A stretch of DNA of 64,000 bases, from contig OY763415.1 in assembly GCA_963667565.1 (NCBI GenBank), positions 1,440,001-1,504,000 of the forward strand, given 5' to 3'. A program made the position numbers and the translations under genes. This stretch comes from Acholeplasmataceae bacterium. GTDB lineage: Bacteria; Bacillota_I; Bacilli_A; Acholeplasmatales; Acholeplasmataceae. How positions within the stretch are numbered: position 1 is the stretch's first letter; each line of letters begins with the position of its first letter. The notes under the pieces were generated by a model. It ran no database searches, was not told the DNA's origin, and saw only the letters and a list, made by a program, of their open reading frames with translations. Shown here piece after piece: positions 1 to 10,875 of the stretch.

Positions 1-296
1 TGTGCTGAAACTAATGTTTCAATAGTAACAACATCACCGTCATTAAACATATTTAAATCTTTTAAATTAACAATAGCATATTCTTTTCGGTTAAAATTCT
101 TGAATCCGCGTTTTGGAAGTCTTTGGAAGAAAGGTAATTGTCCACCTTCGAATCCTGGTCTAGTCCCTCCGCCTGAACGGGCTTTTTGACCTTTTTGACC
201 TTTACCGGAAGTTTTACCTAAACCGCTACCTGGACCACGACCAAGACGTTTTCTACTCTTGCGAGCACCTTCAACTGGTTTTAATTCATTTAACAT
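1..296 (-). CDS. rplO: 50S ribosomal protein L15 (5' part; runs off window)
   Basis: Manual translation [43 protein letters not shown]; follows rpmD; GGAGG RBS. Confidence 0.96.
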   Translation of the reverse strand, partial: MLNELKPVEGARKSRKRLGRGPGSGLGKTSGKGQKGQKARSGGGTRPGFEGGQLPFFQRLPKRGFKNFNRKEYAIVNLKDLNMFNDGDVVTIETLVSA

Positions 297-307
297 GGTA
301 TACCTCC

Positions 308-487
308 TTACTCAACTTCTGTTACTGAAACTAGGTGAGCAATAGTTTTAATCATACCATTAACTGCATCATTTGTTTCTTTAACAACGACTGAATTTAT
401 TTTTTTAAGACCTAATGCATGTGCTGTTTTAACTTGATTAGGTTTACGTCCTATAAGACTTCTTGTGAGTTTGATTTGTACTTTCAT
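308..487 (-). CDS. rpmD: 50S ribosomal protein L30
   Basis: [27 protein letters not shown]; spc operon position; start moved to second Met. Confidence 0.96.
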   Translation of the reverse strand: MKVQIKLTRSLIGRKPNQVKTAHALGLKKINSVVVKETNDAVNGMIKTIAHLVSVTEVE

Positions 488-488
488 A

Positions 489-998
489 TTATCCAAGCTC
501 CGCTACATCGACACCACGTAATGCAGCAACTTGTTCAGCAGTTCTTAAAGATTTAAGACCTTCGAATGTTGCACGCACCATGTTGATTGGTGTTGAAGTT
601 CCGATTGATTTAGATAAGATGTCATGAATACCAGCGAGTTCGAAAACAGCACGAACAGGACCACCAGCGATGACTCCAGTACCTTCTGATGCAGGTTTTA
701 AGAATACTCTACCAGCACCATAAACACCTGTGACTTCATGAGGGATTGTTGATCCTACTGAAGGCACATCGATCATATTTGTTTTAGCATTTTCAATTGC
801 TTTTTTAATTGCGTCAGGTACTTCAAGAGCTTTACCAGTTCCGAAACCTACTTGACCTTTTTTATTGCCGATTACTACAAGAGCTGCAAAACGGAAGCGA
901 CGTCCACCTTTAACAACTTTAGTAACACGGTTAATTGAAACAACGCGTTCCTCAAATTGTTTTTCTTCTTGTTCTTTTTTGAATCTTTCTTTAGCCAT
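489..998 (-). CDS. rpsE: 30S ribosomal protein S5
   Basis: [21 protein letters not shown] motif. Confidence 0.98.
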   Translation of the reverse strand: MAKERFKKEQEEKQFEERVVSINRVTKVVKGGRRFRFAALVVIGNKKGQVGFGTGKALEVPDAIKKAIENAKTNMIDVPSVGSTIPHEVTGVYGAGRVFLKPASEGTGVIAGGPVRAVFELAGIHDILSKSIGTSTPINMVRATFEGLKSLRTAEQVAALRGVDVAELG

Positions 999-1009
999 AT
1001 GCTTCCTCC

Positions 1010-1363
1010 TTAGAACTCTAAGCCGGCGCTGCGAGCTGCATCAGCAAGTTCTTTAACACGTCCGTGATATAAATAACCACTACGATCAAATACTATTGTT
1101 TTGATACCACCAGCAATCGCCTTTTCAGCAATTAACTTACCAACTGCCTTAGCTGCTTCAATGTTTGAATGCTTAAGACCTAATTCTTGACTACGTGCAC
1201 TAAATAGTGTCGTTTGGTTAACATCATCAATTAATTGAGCATAAACTGCTGTATTCGAACGGTAAATGCTTAATCTAGGACGAAGAGCTGTACCATTAAC
1301 AATTTTACGAATACGGAGATGACGTTTTTGACGACTAACATTTTTTGATAATTTTTTAATCAT
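1010..1363 (-). CDS. rplR: 50S ribosomal protein L18
   Basis: [10 protein letters not shown] and [21 protein letters not shown]. Confidence 0.98.
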   Translation of the reverse strand: MIKKLSKNVSRQKRHLRIRKIVNGTALRPRLSIYRSNTAVYAQLIDDVNQTTLFSARSQELGLKHSNIEAAKAVGKLIAEKAIAGGIKTIVFDRSGYLYHGRVKELADAARSAGLEF

Positions 1364-1378
1364 TTATATCATCCTCTC

Positions 1379-1918
1379 TTATTTAGCAGTTTTACCAGCT
1401 TTACGTGGAACATATTCATCAACATAACGAATACCTTTTCCAAGATAAGGTTCTGGTTTCTTAACGCTTCTAATTTTTGCTGCAAATTCTCCAACAACTT
1501 GTTTATCTGCACCTGAAATAATAACTTGTGTATTTTTTGGAATTTCAACTGTTAATCCAGCAGGAATTTCTAAATTCACTGGATGAGAGAAACCCATACT
1601 TAGATTCACGACATTACCTTGTAATTGTGCACGGTAACCAACACCGCGAATCTCTAATTCTTTTTTGAATCCTTCACTTACACCTACAACCATATTGCTT
1701 AATAAAGCACGTGTAGTTCCATGAATTTTTCTTGAGAAGATATCATCATTAGGACGTTTAACTGTGATAGTTTGTCCTTCTAAAACGATATCGAGTGATT
1801 GATTGAATTGGAATTCAAGTTCACCTTTAGGACCTTTAACTACTACGTAGTTTTCAGGACTTACCGATACGGTAACACCAGCAGGAACTTGAATCACTTT
1901 ATTACCTATACGTGACAT
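1379..1918 (-). CDS. rplF: 50S ribosomal protein L6
   Basis: MSRIGNK...[11 protein letters not shown]. Confidence 0.98.
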   Translation of the reverse strand: MSRIGNKVIQVPAGVTVSVSPENYVVVKGPKGELEFQFNQSLDIVLEGQTITVKRPNDDIFSRKIHGTTRALLSNMVVGVSEGFKKELEIRGVGYRAQLQGNVVNLSMGFSHPVNLEIPAGLTVEIPKNTQVIISGADKQVVGEFAAKIRSVKKPEPYLGKGIRYVDEYVPRKAGKTAK

Positions 1919-1933
1919 ATTTTCCTCCTTATA

Positions 1934-2332
1934 TTACCATACGTACGCTAGCACTTCGCCACCAACTTGGGCTAAGCGTGCTTCGCGATCTGTCATGATA
2001 CCTTTTGATGTAGAGATTAAAGCAATCCCTAATCCATTTAAAACTTTTGGTAATTCATCTACTGATGTATATACTCGAAGTCCTGGTTTCGATATCCTTT
2101 TTAAACCTTTAATCACACGTTCTTTAGTTGAAGTGTATTTTAAAGTAACAACAATTTTACCTTGAACGCCATCTTTAGCGACAACATAATCGACAATAAA
2201 TCCTTCTTTCTTTAAAACTGCTAAAATATCAGCTTTAAGTCTAGAAGCAGGAATTTCGACTTTGTCATGACGCATTGAATTAGCGTTACGAATACGTGTT
2301 AACATATCCGCAATTGGATCAGTCATAACCAT
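1934..2332 (-). CDS. rpsH: 30S ribosomal protein S8
   Basis: [13 protein letters not shown]...GGEVLAYVW. Confidence 0.98.
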   Translation of the reverse strand: MVMTDPIADMLTRIRNANSMRHDKVEIPASRLKADILAVLKKEGFIVDYVVAKDGVQGKIVVTLKYTSTKERVIKGLKRISKPGLRVYTSVDELPKVLNGLGIALISTSKGIMTDREARLAQVGGEVLAYVW

Positions 2333-2347
2333 TTTTCTTCCTCCTTA

Positions 2348-2617
2348 TTACCAACTAGCTTTTTTGACACCAGGTAGTTCACCTTTGTGTGCCAATTCAC
2401 GAAATTTCAAACGTGATAAGCCAAACTTGCGCATATAGCCTCTTGGACGTCCATCGATAGAATCACGATTTCTTACTCTAGTTGCAGATGCATTTCTAGG
2501 TAATTTTTGAAGAGCTTCGTAATCGCCAGCTTCTTTTAACTGTGCAACTTTTTCTCTATATCGTTCAACTACGACTTTTCGTTTTTCGTTTTTAACGATT
2601 TTTGATTTTTTAGCCAT
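2348..2617 (-). CDS. rpsN: 30S ribosomal protein S14, 89-aa zinc-independent form
   Basis: [36 protein letters not shown]; contains no Cys. Confidence 0.97.
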   Translation of the reverse strand: MAKKSKIVKNEKRKVVVERYREKVAQLKEAGDYEALQKLPRNASATRVRNRDSIDGRPRGYMRKFGLSRLKFRELAHKGELPGVKKASW

Positions 2618-2628
2618 GTTGCGCCTCC

Positions 2629-3168
2629 TTATTTCTTAAACGGCATACCTAAGCCACGTAATAATTCACGAGCTTCTTGGTCTGTGTTAGCCGTTGTTAC
2701 AATAACAATATCCATTCCGCGAACTTTTTTAACTTTATCCAAGCTAATTTCTGGGAAAATGATTTGTTCTTTAATACCTACTGTATAGTTTCCTCTACCA
2801 TCAAATGAATTTGCAGAGATACCTCTAAAGTCACGTACACGTGGAAGTGCAACAGCAATTAATTTTTCTAAGAAATAATACATTCTGTCGCCACGAAGTG
2901 TTACTTTAGCACCGATTGGCATACCTTCTCTTAATTTAAAGTTAGAAATTGAGTTTTTAGCTTTAGTAACAACTGGTTTTTGACCTGTTAATAATTCTAA
3001 TTCAGCAACTGCATCATCTAATACTTTAGGATTAAATACTGCATCACCTACACCCATATTTATAACAATTTTATCAATTTTTGGAACTTCCATAACAGAA
3101 GTATAATTGAATGCTTTAATAAGTTCAGGTCTAACAACGTTTTCGTATTTGTTTTGAATTACACTCAT
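2629..3168 (-). CDS. rplE: 50S ribosomal protein L5
   Basis: [26 protein letters not shown]. Confidence 0.98.
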   Translation of the reverse strand: MSVIQNKYENVVRPELIKAFNYTSVMEVPKIDKIVINMGVGDAVFNPKVLDDAVAELELLTGQKPVVTKAKNSISNFKLREGMPIGAKVTLRGDRMYYFLEKLIAVALPRVRDFRGISANSFDGRGNYTVGIKEQIIFPEISLDKVKKVRGMDIVIVTTANTDQEARELLRGLGMPFKK

Positions 3169-3179
3169 GTTAAACCTCC

Positions 3180-3560
3180 TTAGTTATCTAAGCTTTCGCC
3201 AGATTTTTTAGCGTAGCGCACTTTGATTGGTTTACCATTTTTATCTAATGTTAATTCACCGTTTTTATCTGTCTTGAATCTGTAACCAACACGTGTTGGA
3301 ACATTTTCTTTTGGATCAACAATCATCACATTTGAAACATGGATTGGTGCTTCTACTTCCATAATGCCGCCTTTGTCATTTTGGTTTTTAGGTCTTTCAT
3401 GTTTTTTAACAATGTTAACACCTTCAACTAAAACTCTATTTGTTTTAGGATACACTTTTAAGACGCGACCTGTCTTACGAGTTTTGACTCCTTTTTTATC
3501 AGTTACGAATTGATCATGTCCAGCAATCACTGCAACTGTATCTCCAGATTTAATATACAT
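3180..3560 (-). CDS. rplX: 50S ribosomal protein L24
   Basis: [28 protein letters not shown]. Confidence 0.97.
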   Translation of the reverse strand: MYIKSGDTVAVIAGHDQFVTDKKGVKTRKTGRVLKVYPKTNRVLVEGVNIVKKHERPKNQNDKGGIMEVEAPIHVSNVMIVDPKENVPTRVGYRFKTDKNGELTLDKNGKPIKVRYAKKSGESLDN

Positions 3561-3572
3561 AGACTGACCTCC

Positions 3573-3941
3573 TTATAACACTTCTGGAGCTAGAGATACG
3601 ATCTTCATGAAGTTCTTTTCTCTTAACTCTCTTGCCACTGGACCGAAAATACGAGTTCCACGTGGGTTTAAATCATCTTTAATAATAACTGCTGCATTTT
3701 CATCAAATTTGATGTATGAGCCATCGGCACGACGAAGACCTCTTGTTGTTCTAACGATAACTGCTTTTAATACATCACCTTTTTTAACCATACCGGCTGG
3801 TGCTGCTTTTTTAACAGTTACAACAACAACGTCTCCAATATTAGCATAACGACGACGAGTACCACCTAATACTTTGATGACAAGCACTTCTTTAGCACCT
3901 GTGTTATCAGCAACAGCCATACGGCTTTCTTGTTGTATCAT
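3573..3941 (-). CDS. rplN: 50S ribosomal protein L14
   Basis: [21 protein letters not shown]. Confidence 0.98.
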   Translation of the reverse strand: MIQQESRMAVADNTGAKEVLVIKVLGGTRRRYANIGDVVVVTVKKAAPAGMVKKGDVLKAVIVRTTRGLRRADGSYIKFDENAAVIIKDDLNPRGTRIFGPVARELREKNFMKIVSLAPEVL

Positions 3942-3954
3942 TGTTTCGCCCTCC

Positions 3955-4215
3955 TTACACTAAATCAGATTTAGCAATAACTTCTAAAAGACGGAATCTT
4001 TTAGTTTTTGATAGTGGTCTTGTTTCCATAATAGTCACAGTATCACCAATACCTGCTAAACCTTCTTCATCATGCACATGAAATTTTTTAGTTGCCTTTA
4101 TATTTTTACCATATAAAGGAGATTTCTTGTATGTGTCTACAACCACGGTAATCGTTTTATCCATTTTGTCAGATACAACTGTTCCCGTATATACTTTTCT
4201 TTGTTTACGTTCCAT
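3955..4215 (-). CDS. rpsQ: 30S ribosomal protein S17
   Basis: [23 protein letters not shown]; start at MERKQRK after GGAGG. Confidence 0.97.
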   Translation of the reverse strand: MERKQRKVYTGTVVSDKMDKTITVVVDTYKKSPLYGKNIKATKKFHVHDEEGLAGIGDTVTIMETRPLSKTKRFRLLEVIAKSDLV

Positions 4216-4225
4216 GGTATCCTCC

Positions 4226-4414
4226 TTATTCTGTACGTTCACTGATGATTGTCTTCATTTGCGCAATCGTCTTCTTAACTTGACTAATTCGAGCTGTATT
4301 TTCAAGTTGACCTACAGCAAGTTGAAAGCGTAAGTTAAATAACTCTTTTTTAAGCTCGATAATACGTTTTTCTAAATCAGCTGTTGTTGCTTTTCTGATT
4401 TCTACTGCTTTCAC
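4226..4414 (-). CDS. rpmC: 50S ribosomal protein L29
   Basis: [23 protein letters not shown]. Confidence 0.97.
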   Translation of the reverse strand: MKAVEIRKATTADLEKRIIELKKELFNLRFQLAVGQLENTARISQVKKTIAQMKTIISERTE

Positions 4415-4827
4415 GCTTGCTCACCTCTTTTTACAATTTTACATTTAATCGGTAATTTATGAGATGCAAGGCGAAGTGCTTCTCTTGCAATTTCTTCTGA
4501 AACACCATTGATTTCAAACATAATTTTACCTTCTTTAACTACAGCCACCCAGTGGTCTGGAGCTCCTTTACCAGAACCCATACGCACTTCAAGTGGTTTC
4601 TTAGTTTTGGCTAAGTGAGGGAAGATATTAATCCATACTTTCCCTAATCTTTTCATATGTCTAGTCATTGCAATTCTGGCTGCTTCGATTTGACGGTTTG
4701 TAATCCATGCACCTTCTTGAGCAATAAGTGCAAAATCACCGTTCAAAATTTCATTTCTACCTTTTGCTTTACCTTCATAACTTACACGATGAGGACGACG
4801 ATATTTCGTTCTTTTTGGCATTAACAT
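4411..4827 (-). CDS. rplP: 50S ribosomal protein L16
   Basis: [17 protein letters not shown]. Confidence 0.98.
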   Translation of the reverse strand: MLMPKRTKYRRPHRVSYEGKAKGRNEILNGDFALIAQEGAWITNRQIEAARIAMTRHMKRLGKVWINIFPHLAKTKKPLEVRMGSGKGAPDHWVAVVKEGKIMFEINGVSEEIAREALRLASHKLPIKCKIVKRGEQA

Positions 4828-4829
4828 AA

Positions 4830-5585
4830 TTAGTTGCCTCCCTTATCGTTGTTATTTCTACGATTACGTCTTGGCGCATTACCTCTATTATTGTTGTTGT
4901 TTCTTTCGAATTGCTTCTTAAGATTTTCTTCTCTTGTTTGTCCAGGTAATACTTCACCGTTGTAGATCCATACTTTGATACCTAAGATACCATATGTTGT
5001 ATGAGCTTCAGCAGTTGCATAATCGATGTCTGCACGAAGTGTATGTAGAGGAACTTGTCCTTCTGAATAACCTTCGCTTCTTGCCATTTCAGCACCACCT
5101 AAACGTCCTGAAACTAAAGTTCTTGCACCTTTAGCACCAGATTTAAGAGCTCTTGAAATAGCGATTTTTTGAACACGTCTGAATGATGCACGGTTTTCTA
5201 ATTGTTGTGCAATACTTTGTGCAACTAATGTTGCAACGCGTTCTGGTCTTTGTACTTCAACTACGTTGAATACGATTTCTTTAGCTGTTAATTTTTCTAA
5301 TTTTTCAACAACTTCTTTTTTAGTTACTGCATCGCGTCCGATAACAACACCTGGTTTAGCAGTGTGTAATGTGATTTTGACTCTGTCTTTACCACCTTTA
5401 CCTTTAACGCGTTCGATTTCAACGTGAGAAACAGCAGCATTTTTGTAATAGTCATTAAGGAATTTGCGGATTTGTGCATCTTCTTTTACAAGTATTGGTA
5501 CTAAGTTTTTATCTGCATACCATCTTGAGTCCCAATTACGGATGATGCCAACACGCATACCTACTGGATTAACTTTTTGTCCCAT
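4830..5585 (-). CDS. rpsC: 30S ribosomal protein S3
   Basis: [29 protein letters not shown]. Confidence 0.98.
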   Translation of the reverse strand: MGQKVNPVGMRVGIIRNWDSRWYADKNLVPILVKEDAQIRKFLNDYYKNAAVSHVEIERVKGKGGKDRVKITLHTAKPGVVIGRDAVTKKEVVEKLEKLTAKEIVFNVVEVQRPERVATLVAQSIAQQLENRASFRRVQKIAISRALKSGAKGARTLVSGRLGGAEMARSEGYSEGQVPLHTLRADIDYATAEAHTTYGILGIKVWIYNGEVLPGQTREENLKKQFERNNNNNRGNAPRRNRRNNNDKGGN

Positions 5586-5597
5586 GTTCGCTCACCT

Positions 5598-5933
5598 CTA
5601 CTCTTTCTCAGCCACAACTACAGTGATGTGGCTTGTTCTTTTTTGAATGATGTCGCCTTGACCTTTTGCACGTGGCAATAATCTCTTTAAGCGAGCACCT
5701 TCATTAACAAATATTTCTTTAACAAATAAATCATCAACGTTTAAGTTTAGATTATTTTCTGCATTTGCAATCGCACTATTTAACACTTTAGCAATAATTG
5801 GTGAGGCAGCACGTGGTGTAAACATTAAAATAGCTTGAGCTTCTTTAACATTCTTACCGCGAACTAGATCAGCAACTAATCTTGCTTTACGTGGTGCAAT
5901 GCGAACTGTTCTAACAATAGCTTTTGCTTCCAT
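5598..5933 (-). CDS. rplV: 50S ribosomal protein L22
   Basis: [28 protein letters not shown]. Confidence 0.98.
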   Translation of the reverse strand: MEAKAIVRTVRIAPRKARLVADLVRGKNVKEAQAILMFTPRAASPIIAKVLNSAIANAENNLNLNVDDLFVKEIFVNEGARLKRLLPRAKGQGDIIQKRTSHITVVVAEKE

Positions 5934-5947
5934 GTGATCTCCTCCAA

Positions 5948-6229
5948 TTATTTCTTCTTAGCTTTTTTATCGTCTTTACCATGTCCATGGTAAGTACGTG
6001 TTGGTGCAAATTCACCGAATTTGTGTCCAACCATATCTTCTGTCACATATACAGGTACATGTGATTTTCCGTTATAAACTGCGACTGTGTGTCCAACGAA
6101 ATCTGGGAAAATTGTTGAACGACGTGACCATGTTTGAATCACTTTCTTTTCATTGGCAGCATTTTGTTTTTGCACTTTAGTCAATAAGTGTAAATCACAG
6201 AATGGGCCTTTTTTAATTGAACGTGCCAT
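5948..6229 (-). CDS. rpsS: 30S ribosomal protein S19
   Basis: [25 protein letters not shown]. Confidence 0.98.
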   Translation of the reverse strand: MARSIKKGPFCDLHLLTKVQKQNAANEKKVIQTWSRRSTIFPDFVGHTVAVYNGKSHVPVYVTEDMVGHKFGEFAPTRTYHGHGKDDKKAKKK

Positions 6230-6239
6230 AAATTTCCTC

Positions 6240-7070
6240 CTACTTCGTACGGCGTCTGATGATTAAATCATTTGACGCTTTCTTAGAATCACGAGTCTTA
6301 ACACCACGAGCTTTTTTGCCCCATGGAGTCATTGGTGATTTTCTACCAATTGGTGTTCTACCTTCACCACCACCGTGTGGGTGATCATTAGGGTTCATAA
6401 CAGAACCTCTAACTGTTGGTTTAATACCCATGTGTCTAGTTCTACCAGCTTTACCGATATTAACTAATTCCCATGATTCATTACCAACAATACCTACAGT
6501 AGCGCGGCAAGTGCCTAAGATTTTTCTAACTTCGCTTGATTGTAAGCGAACTAATACATATTTTTCTTCACGACCTAGAATTTGAGCAGATGCACCAGCG
6601 CTACGTGCGATTTGTCCACCTTTACCTGGGCTTAATTCAATGTTGTGAACTGTAGTACCCACAGGGATACTCATAATTGGCATTGCATTACCAACTTTAA
6701 TATCTACTTGTTGACCTGAAACAATTTCCATGCCAACTTCTAATCCTTTAGGTGCTAAGATATATCTCTTTTCACCATCTGCGTAATGGATAAGAGCAAT
6801 ATTTGCAGTACGATTTGGATCGTACTCGATTGTAGCAACTTTACCTACGATATTGTCTTTATTACGTTTAAAATCAATTACACGATATTTTCTTTTAGCT
6901 CCACCACCGATATGTCTAACAGTGATTTTACCTTGGGCATTTCTACCGCCCGATTTAGAAAATGGCTCAAGTAGTGATTTTTCAGGAGTAGATGTTGTAA
7001 TTTCTTCGAATGTTAACACACTCATGTTACGACGTCCATTAGTCGTCGGTTTGTATTTTTTAACCGCCAT
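6240..7070 (-). CDS. rplB: 50S ribosomal protein L2
   Basis: [21 protein letters not shown]. Confidence 0.98.
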   Translation of the reverse strand: MAVKKYKPTTNGRRNMSVLTFEEITTSTPEKSLLEPFSKSGGRNAQGKITVRHIGGGAKRKYRVIDFKRNKDNIVGKVATIEYDPNRTANIALIHYADGEKRYILAPKGLEVGMEIVSGQQVDIKVGNAMPIMSIPVGTTVHNIELSPGKGGQIARSAGASAQILGREEKYVLVRLQSSEVRKILGTCRATVGIVGNESWELVNIGKAGRTRHMGIKPTVRGSVMNPNDHPHGGGEGRTPIGRKSPMTPWGKKARGVKTRDSKKASNDLIIRRRTK

Positions 7071-7098
7071 TTTGGTTAAACCTCCTATATATTTTCAC

Positions 7099-7386
7099 TT
7101 ATACTGTGAAAGCTTCGATTTTTTGTCCTTCTGGAAGTTGGACAACAGCTTTCTTATATGCAGATTTAAGACCTTCATATTTACCAACTTTTTTAGCTTT
7201 TGGTAATACGTTAACTGTATTTATTTTTAATACGTTAACACCGAAGATAGCTTCAATCGCTTTTTTAATTTCTACTTTGTTTGCTTTTCTATCAACTTTG
7301 AAAGTGTATTTATTTTGACCTTCAATTAACTTCATTGATTGTTCTGTAATCACTGGAGCTTTGATAATTTCATAATACTTAGTCAT
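7099..7386 (-). CDS. rplW: 50S ribosomal protein L23
   Basis: PVITE, ANKVEIKKAIE, YKKAVV. Confidence 0.97.
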   Translation of the reverse strand: MTKYYEIIKAPVITEQSMKLIEGQNKYTFKVDRKANKVEIKKAIEAIFGVNVLKINTVNVLPKAKKVGKYEGLKSAYKKAVVQLPEGQKIEAFTV

Positions 7387-8008
7387 TGTTTAGTACCTCC
7401 TCTAAAGTTGCAACTGCATCTTTAGTAAGAATTAAGTTTTTACAATTAAGTAAATCATAAACACTTACATGACTTGCAGAAGCTAATGCAACTGTTGGGA
7501 TGTTTCTTGAAGCTAACACTAAATTGTCATCAAATGTTTTTGAAACAACTAATGCTTTACCTTCAACACCTAATCCAGCTAAGAAATCAGCAAATAACTT
7601 TGTTTTTGGTTCTGCTAATTCGATTGCATCAACAACTTTTAATTGTCCTTGTGCTAATTGATAAGATAATGCAGATCTAAAAGCAAGTTGTCTTACTTTT
7701 TGATTTAATTTAACTGCATAACTTCTTGGTGTTGGACCGAATACAACACCACCGTGTCTCCATTGTGGAGAACGTGTAGAACCTTGACGCGCACGTCCAG
7801 TTCCTTTTTGACGCCATGGTTTTCTCCCACCACCTGAAACTTCACCACGATTTTTAACATCATGTGTACCTTGTCTCATTGCAGCTCTTTGTGCATTGAC
7901 TACATCAAATAGAGCTTGTTGGTGTGGATTGATTCCAAAGACGAAATCTGATAACGCTAAGTCGGCAACTTTTTTACCAGATTGATTTAATATATCTACT
8001 TTTGGCAT
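7379..8008 (-). CDS. rplD: 50S ribosomal protein L4
   Basis: KPWRQKGTGRARQGS. Confidence 0.98.
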   Translation of the reverse strand: MPKVDILNQSGKKVADLALSDFVFGINPHQQALFDVVNAQRAAMRQGTHDVKNRGEVSGGGRKPWRQKGTGRARQGSTRSPQWRHGGVVFGPTPRSYAVKLNQKVRQLAFRSALSYQLAQGQLKVVDAIELAEPKTKLFADFLAGLGVEGKALVVSKTFDDNLVLASRNIPTVALASASHVSVYDLLNCKNLILTKDAVATLEEVLNND

Positions 8009-8025
8009 GTTTAAGTTCCTCCTTA

Positions 8026-8664
8026 TTAGTTTACTTTAACAGCAGATTTCACAATGACTAAACCTTTGTTTGGTCCTGGAACGCTACCGCTAATTAATAA
8101 CAATTGATTTTCTACATCAACTTTCACAACTTTTAAATTTTGAATTGTGATTTGTTCATGTCCCATATGTCCTGGAAGGTTTTTACCTTTCATGTTACCT
8201 TTAATTGGTCCCATTGAACCTGGACGACGATGATATCTAGAACCATGCGCCATAGGTCCACGACTTTGGTTGTGTCGCTTGATACTACCTGCGAAACCTT
8301 TACCTTTTGATGTACCAGTGACATCAACTGTTTCGCCGTCTTTAAATAAATCTATGCTGACAGGGGCACCTACCGCTAAGTCTGTTAATTCATTTCCTAG
8401 CTCTTCTTTAAAGCGGATTTCTTTAACGAAGCGCTTAGGTGCTGTTTCAGCTTTTGCAACATGTCCCATTTCAGGTTTGTTGCTTAATTTTTCTCTTTTA
8501 GTTTCGAAACCAACTTGTGTAGCTACATAACCATCTGTTTCAACAGTTTTTTGTTGTAGCACCACATTATCAGCCACGTCTACTAGAGTTACTGGAACTA
8601 ACTTACCATTTTCATCGAAAATTTGAGTCATTCCAACTTTTCTACCTAAGATTCCTTTGGCCAT
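8026..8664 (-). CDS. rplC: 50S ribosomal protein L3
   Basis: [27 protein letters not shown]. Confidence 0.98.
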   Translation of the reverse strand: MAKGILGRKVGMTQIFDENGKLVPVTLVDVADNVVLQQKTVETDGYVATQVGFETKREKLSNKPEMGHVAKAETAPKRFVKEIRFKEELGNELTDLAVGAPVSIDLFKDGETVDVTGTSKGKGFAGSIKRHNQSRGPMAHGSRYHRRPGSMGPIKGNMKGKNLPGHMGHEQITIQNLKVVKVDVENQLLLISGSVPGPNKGLVIVKSAVKVN

Positions 8665-8685
8665 AACCTGTTACCTCTTTCTTAA

Positions 8686-8994
8686 TTATTTTTTAAGTAC
8701 AATGTCGATACCTGATGGTAAATCGATATCCATTAATGCACTGATTGTTTTTGGGTTTGGATCAATAATTTGGATTAAACGTTTGTGAGTTCTTCTTTCA
8801 AATTGTTCACGTGAATCTTTATTAACGTGAGGTGAACGAAGAATTGTGAATACTTCTTTTTGAGTTGGAAGTGGAATTGGACCTTGTACAGTTGCACCAG
8901 TTCTTAATGCACTTTCAACAATTTTCTTAGCAGCATCATCGATTAATCTGTGATCGTAAGCCTTTAAACGAATTTTAATTACATCTTTTGCCAT
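8686..8994 (-). CDS. rpsJ: 30S ribosomal protein S10
   Basis: [29 protein letters not shown]. Confidence 0.98.
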   Translation of the reverse strand: MAKDVIKIRLKAYDHRLIDDAAKKIVESALRTGATVQGPIPLPTQKEVFTILRSPHVNKDSREQFERRTHKRLIQIIDPNPKTISALMDIDLPSGIDIVLKK

Positions 8995-8999
8995 TTTTT

Positions 9000-9122
9000 A
9001 AGCTCCTTTCGCCTATATTCATGTTATAGACTTGCTCCATGGAAAAACCTAACATCATAGACAACGGCTATCCGCGTGTCAGCAACCTTCCATTTCACAG
9101 CCTTACCGTGTTTACACACGAG
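9000..9122 (-). promoter_or_regulatory. Firmicutes-type rpsJ (S10 operon) leader RNA
   Basis: Minus strand GAAGGTTGCTGACACGCGG...GGTTTTTCCATGGAGCAAGTCTA resembles, from memory, the conserved Bacilli S10 leader. Confidence 0.65.
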
Positions 9123-9129
9123 CGTTATT

Positions 9130-9158
9130 ATTATATATGAAAAGAGATAGAAAAGCAA
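9130..9158 (-). promoter_or_regulatory. sigma-A promoter of S10 operon
   Basis: TTGCTT-N17-TATAAT on minus strand, overlapping the upstream gene's terminator hairpin. Confidence 0.75.
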
Positions 9159-9185
9159 CCTTTTTCTACCTCTTTTTGTATATTT

Positions 9186-10850
9186 TTAATCTTTTTTTTC
9201 TTTGTCTTTTTCTTTAGCTTTTTTGGCTTCTCTTCGCTTTTGAGCAACTCCGACATATCTACCTCTAGTAGCTTCATGATTAGAGACCAATTTTTCTGCT
9301 AATCTAATTTGTGATAAGGGTATGATAAACTGAGTGAATCCCATATTAATGAGTTTTTGAAATAATCTCTCGTTTCTAATCATATTGCCAGAAATCATGT
9401 GTGGAAGTCTAATTCCAGTTCTCCTCATATGCTGATGAGACTGCTGTATATATGTAAACAGTTCATGCTCAAAATCAGGCCATTCCAATTCATCATATCG
9501 ATTAAAATCAAAGGAAACTTCTTCAATTAAATCATTTAGACCTATGATATTAAAATCCATTTTCTTTACATATTTTTCTATTTTATCGACTGAGTTTTCT
9601 GACTCAAGCATGATACCAAATTTCGGTTTATATTCGTTAGGTATCTTCTCAAAAATAAAATCTAGCTTTTCTTTCCATAAAGGAATATCTCGTTCATCTC
9701 TAATCATCGGAGCAACAACATTTACTGTCGCTTTAGTTTGTATTATAGCATCTACTAAAGCCTCAAAAAACACTTCATAAATAATGGTTCTACTCCCATT
9801 TTCGGTGATGGATGTTTTTACATAACTTAAATAATTTAAGTGCTTAAATTCTCCAAAATCAGGAATTCTAACATTAACTTCTCTATACACAAACGCGTTA
9901 AAAACCTTAACAAATACATCGGTAAGTTCTTCTTTGAACGGTACCATACCTTTGGTCATAAAAAAGTATTCTGTTCTAAATAATCCTAAAGAGTAGTAAA
10001 ATTGTCTGTTCCTAACTGATTCGAGAGGTCTTGTATCTACAATATTAGCAAATATTTTTAATTGTTTCATGCCATATTTAGACAGTTCAAATCGACTTAT
10101 TGTAGCTCCGTCGACTTCTTTTATATATTGATCATAGAGTTCTTTGCTTGGCTTTATATACAAATGGTTGCGTTTATTATCAATAATAATTTTATCACCA
10201 TTTTGTATATACTCTTGTGATTTAACCATTGGAATTTCAAATGCGTGAGCAAACTCTACAACTTCATTTGGGTTATTAACATTTCTAATCACTAGTCCCT
10301 TAACATAAGGTGACAATTGATAAAAATATTCTTCATGAAATTCTTCTGTGACGACAATAATAGGCTCCTCATATTTAGAAATTTGATCCATAAATAAAAC
10401 TCTTTTAATCAGTTTTTTAATGGGATATTCAAACTCATCTATGAGCTCATCTGCTTTGGCACATGATTCTGGAAGTATATAAGTAGTTACAATGCCCTCT
10501 TTTAACCTCACGCGCGCTTCTTTAAGTGCTAAATCATACAATTTTAAGAAGGAAATCTTTTTTTTCTTTCTTATATCCATCATGATATAGTCAAAATACC
10601 ATATCCAAAATACTGTTTGCATGGCATCAGTTACTCTTTTATAATGCCACTCAGATCCCTCTGCTTCTTGGATTCGATAAAACGAATCAAAAAACCCCAA
10701 TACTGTTCTTTGAATCTTAATAATCAATGCATCTATATGTTCATGTTTAACATATTTATAATCTTTATTAGGATCAAAGATAACTGCTTTTCCATAAGCA
10801 GCGTGCTCAAAAAAAGTATCTTTTTCATACTTGTATGAACTGTAAATCAT
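9186..10850 (-). CDS. PTS Enzyme I (PtsI)-like PEP-binding protein, catalytically degenerate
   Basis: EI motifs in the correct order (GLFRTEY, VRIPD, GIMLE, IGLNDL), but the GGxTSH phospho-His and MCGE Cys motifs are replaced. Confidence 0.8.
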   Translation of the reverse strand: MIYSSYKYEKDTFFEHAAYGKAVIFDPNKDYKYVKHEHIDALIIKIQRTVLGFFDSFYRIQEAEGSEWHYKRVTDAMQTVFWIWYFDYIMMDIRKKKKISFLKLYDLALKEARVRLKEGIVTTYILPESCAKADELIDEFEYPIKKLIKRVLFMDQISKYEEPIIVVTEEFHEEYFYQLSPYVKGLVIRNVNNPNEVVEFAHAFEIPMVKSQEYIQNGDKIIIDNKRNHLYIKPSKELYDQYIKEVDGATISRFELSKYGMKQLKIFANIVDTRPLESVRNRQFYYSLGLFRTEYFFMTKGMVPFKEELTDVFVKVFNAFVYREVNVRIPDFGEFKHLNYLSYVKTSITENGSRTIIYEVFFEALVDAIIQTKATVNVVAPMIRDERDIPLWKEKLDFIFEKIPNEYKPKFGIMLESENSVDKIEKYVKKMDFNIIGLNDLIEEVSFDFNRYDELEWPDFEHELFTYIQQSHQHMRRTGIRLPHMISGNMIRNERLFQKLINMGFTQFIIPLSQIRLAEKLVSNHEATRGRYVGVAQKRREAKKAKEKDKEKKD

Positions 10851-10875
10851 ATATTTTATGAAATCGGTCTATGTT

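Noticed and set aside
865..8530. Short + strand ORFs antisense to ribosomal protein genes, and similar ones across the window
   Set aside because: Shadow frames of well-supported genes, with no RBS or family motifs.
8803..8818. parS-like TTGTTCACGTGAATCT inside rpsJ
   Set aside because: Only 12/16 match to TGTTTCACGTGAAACA, and explained by S10 coding sequence.
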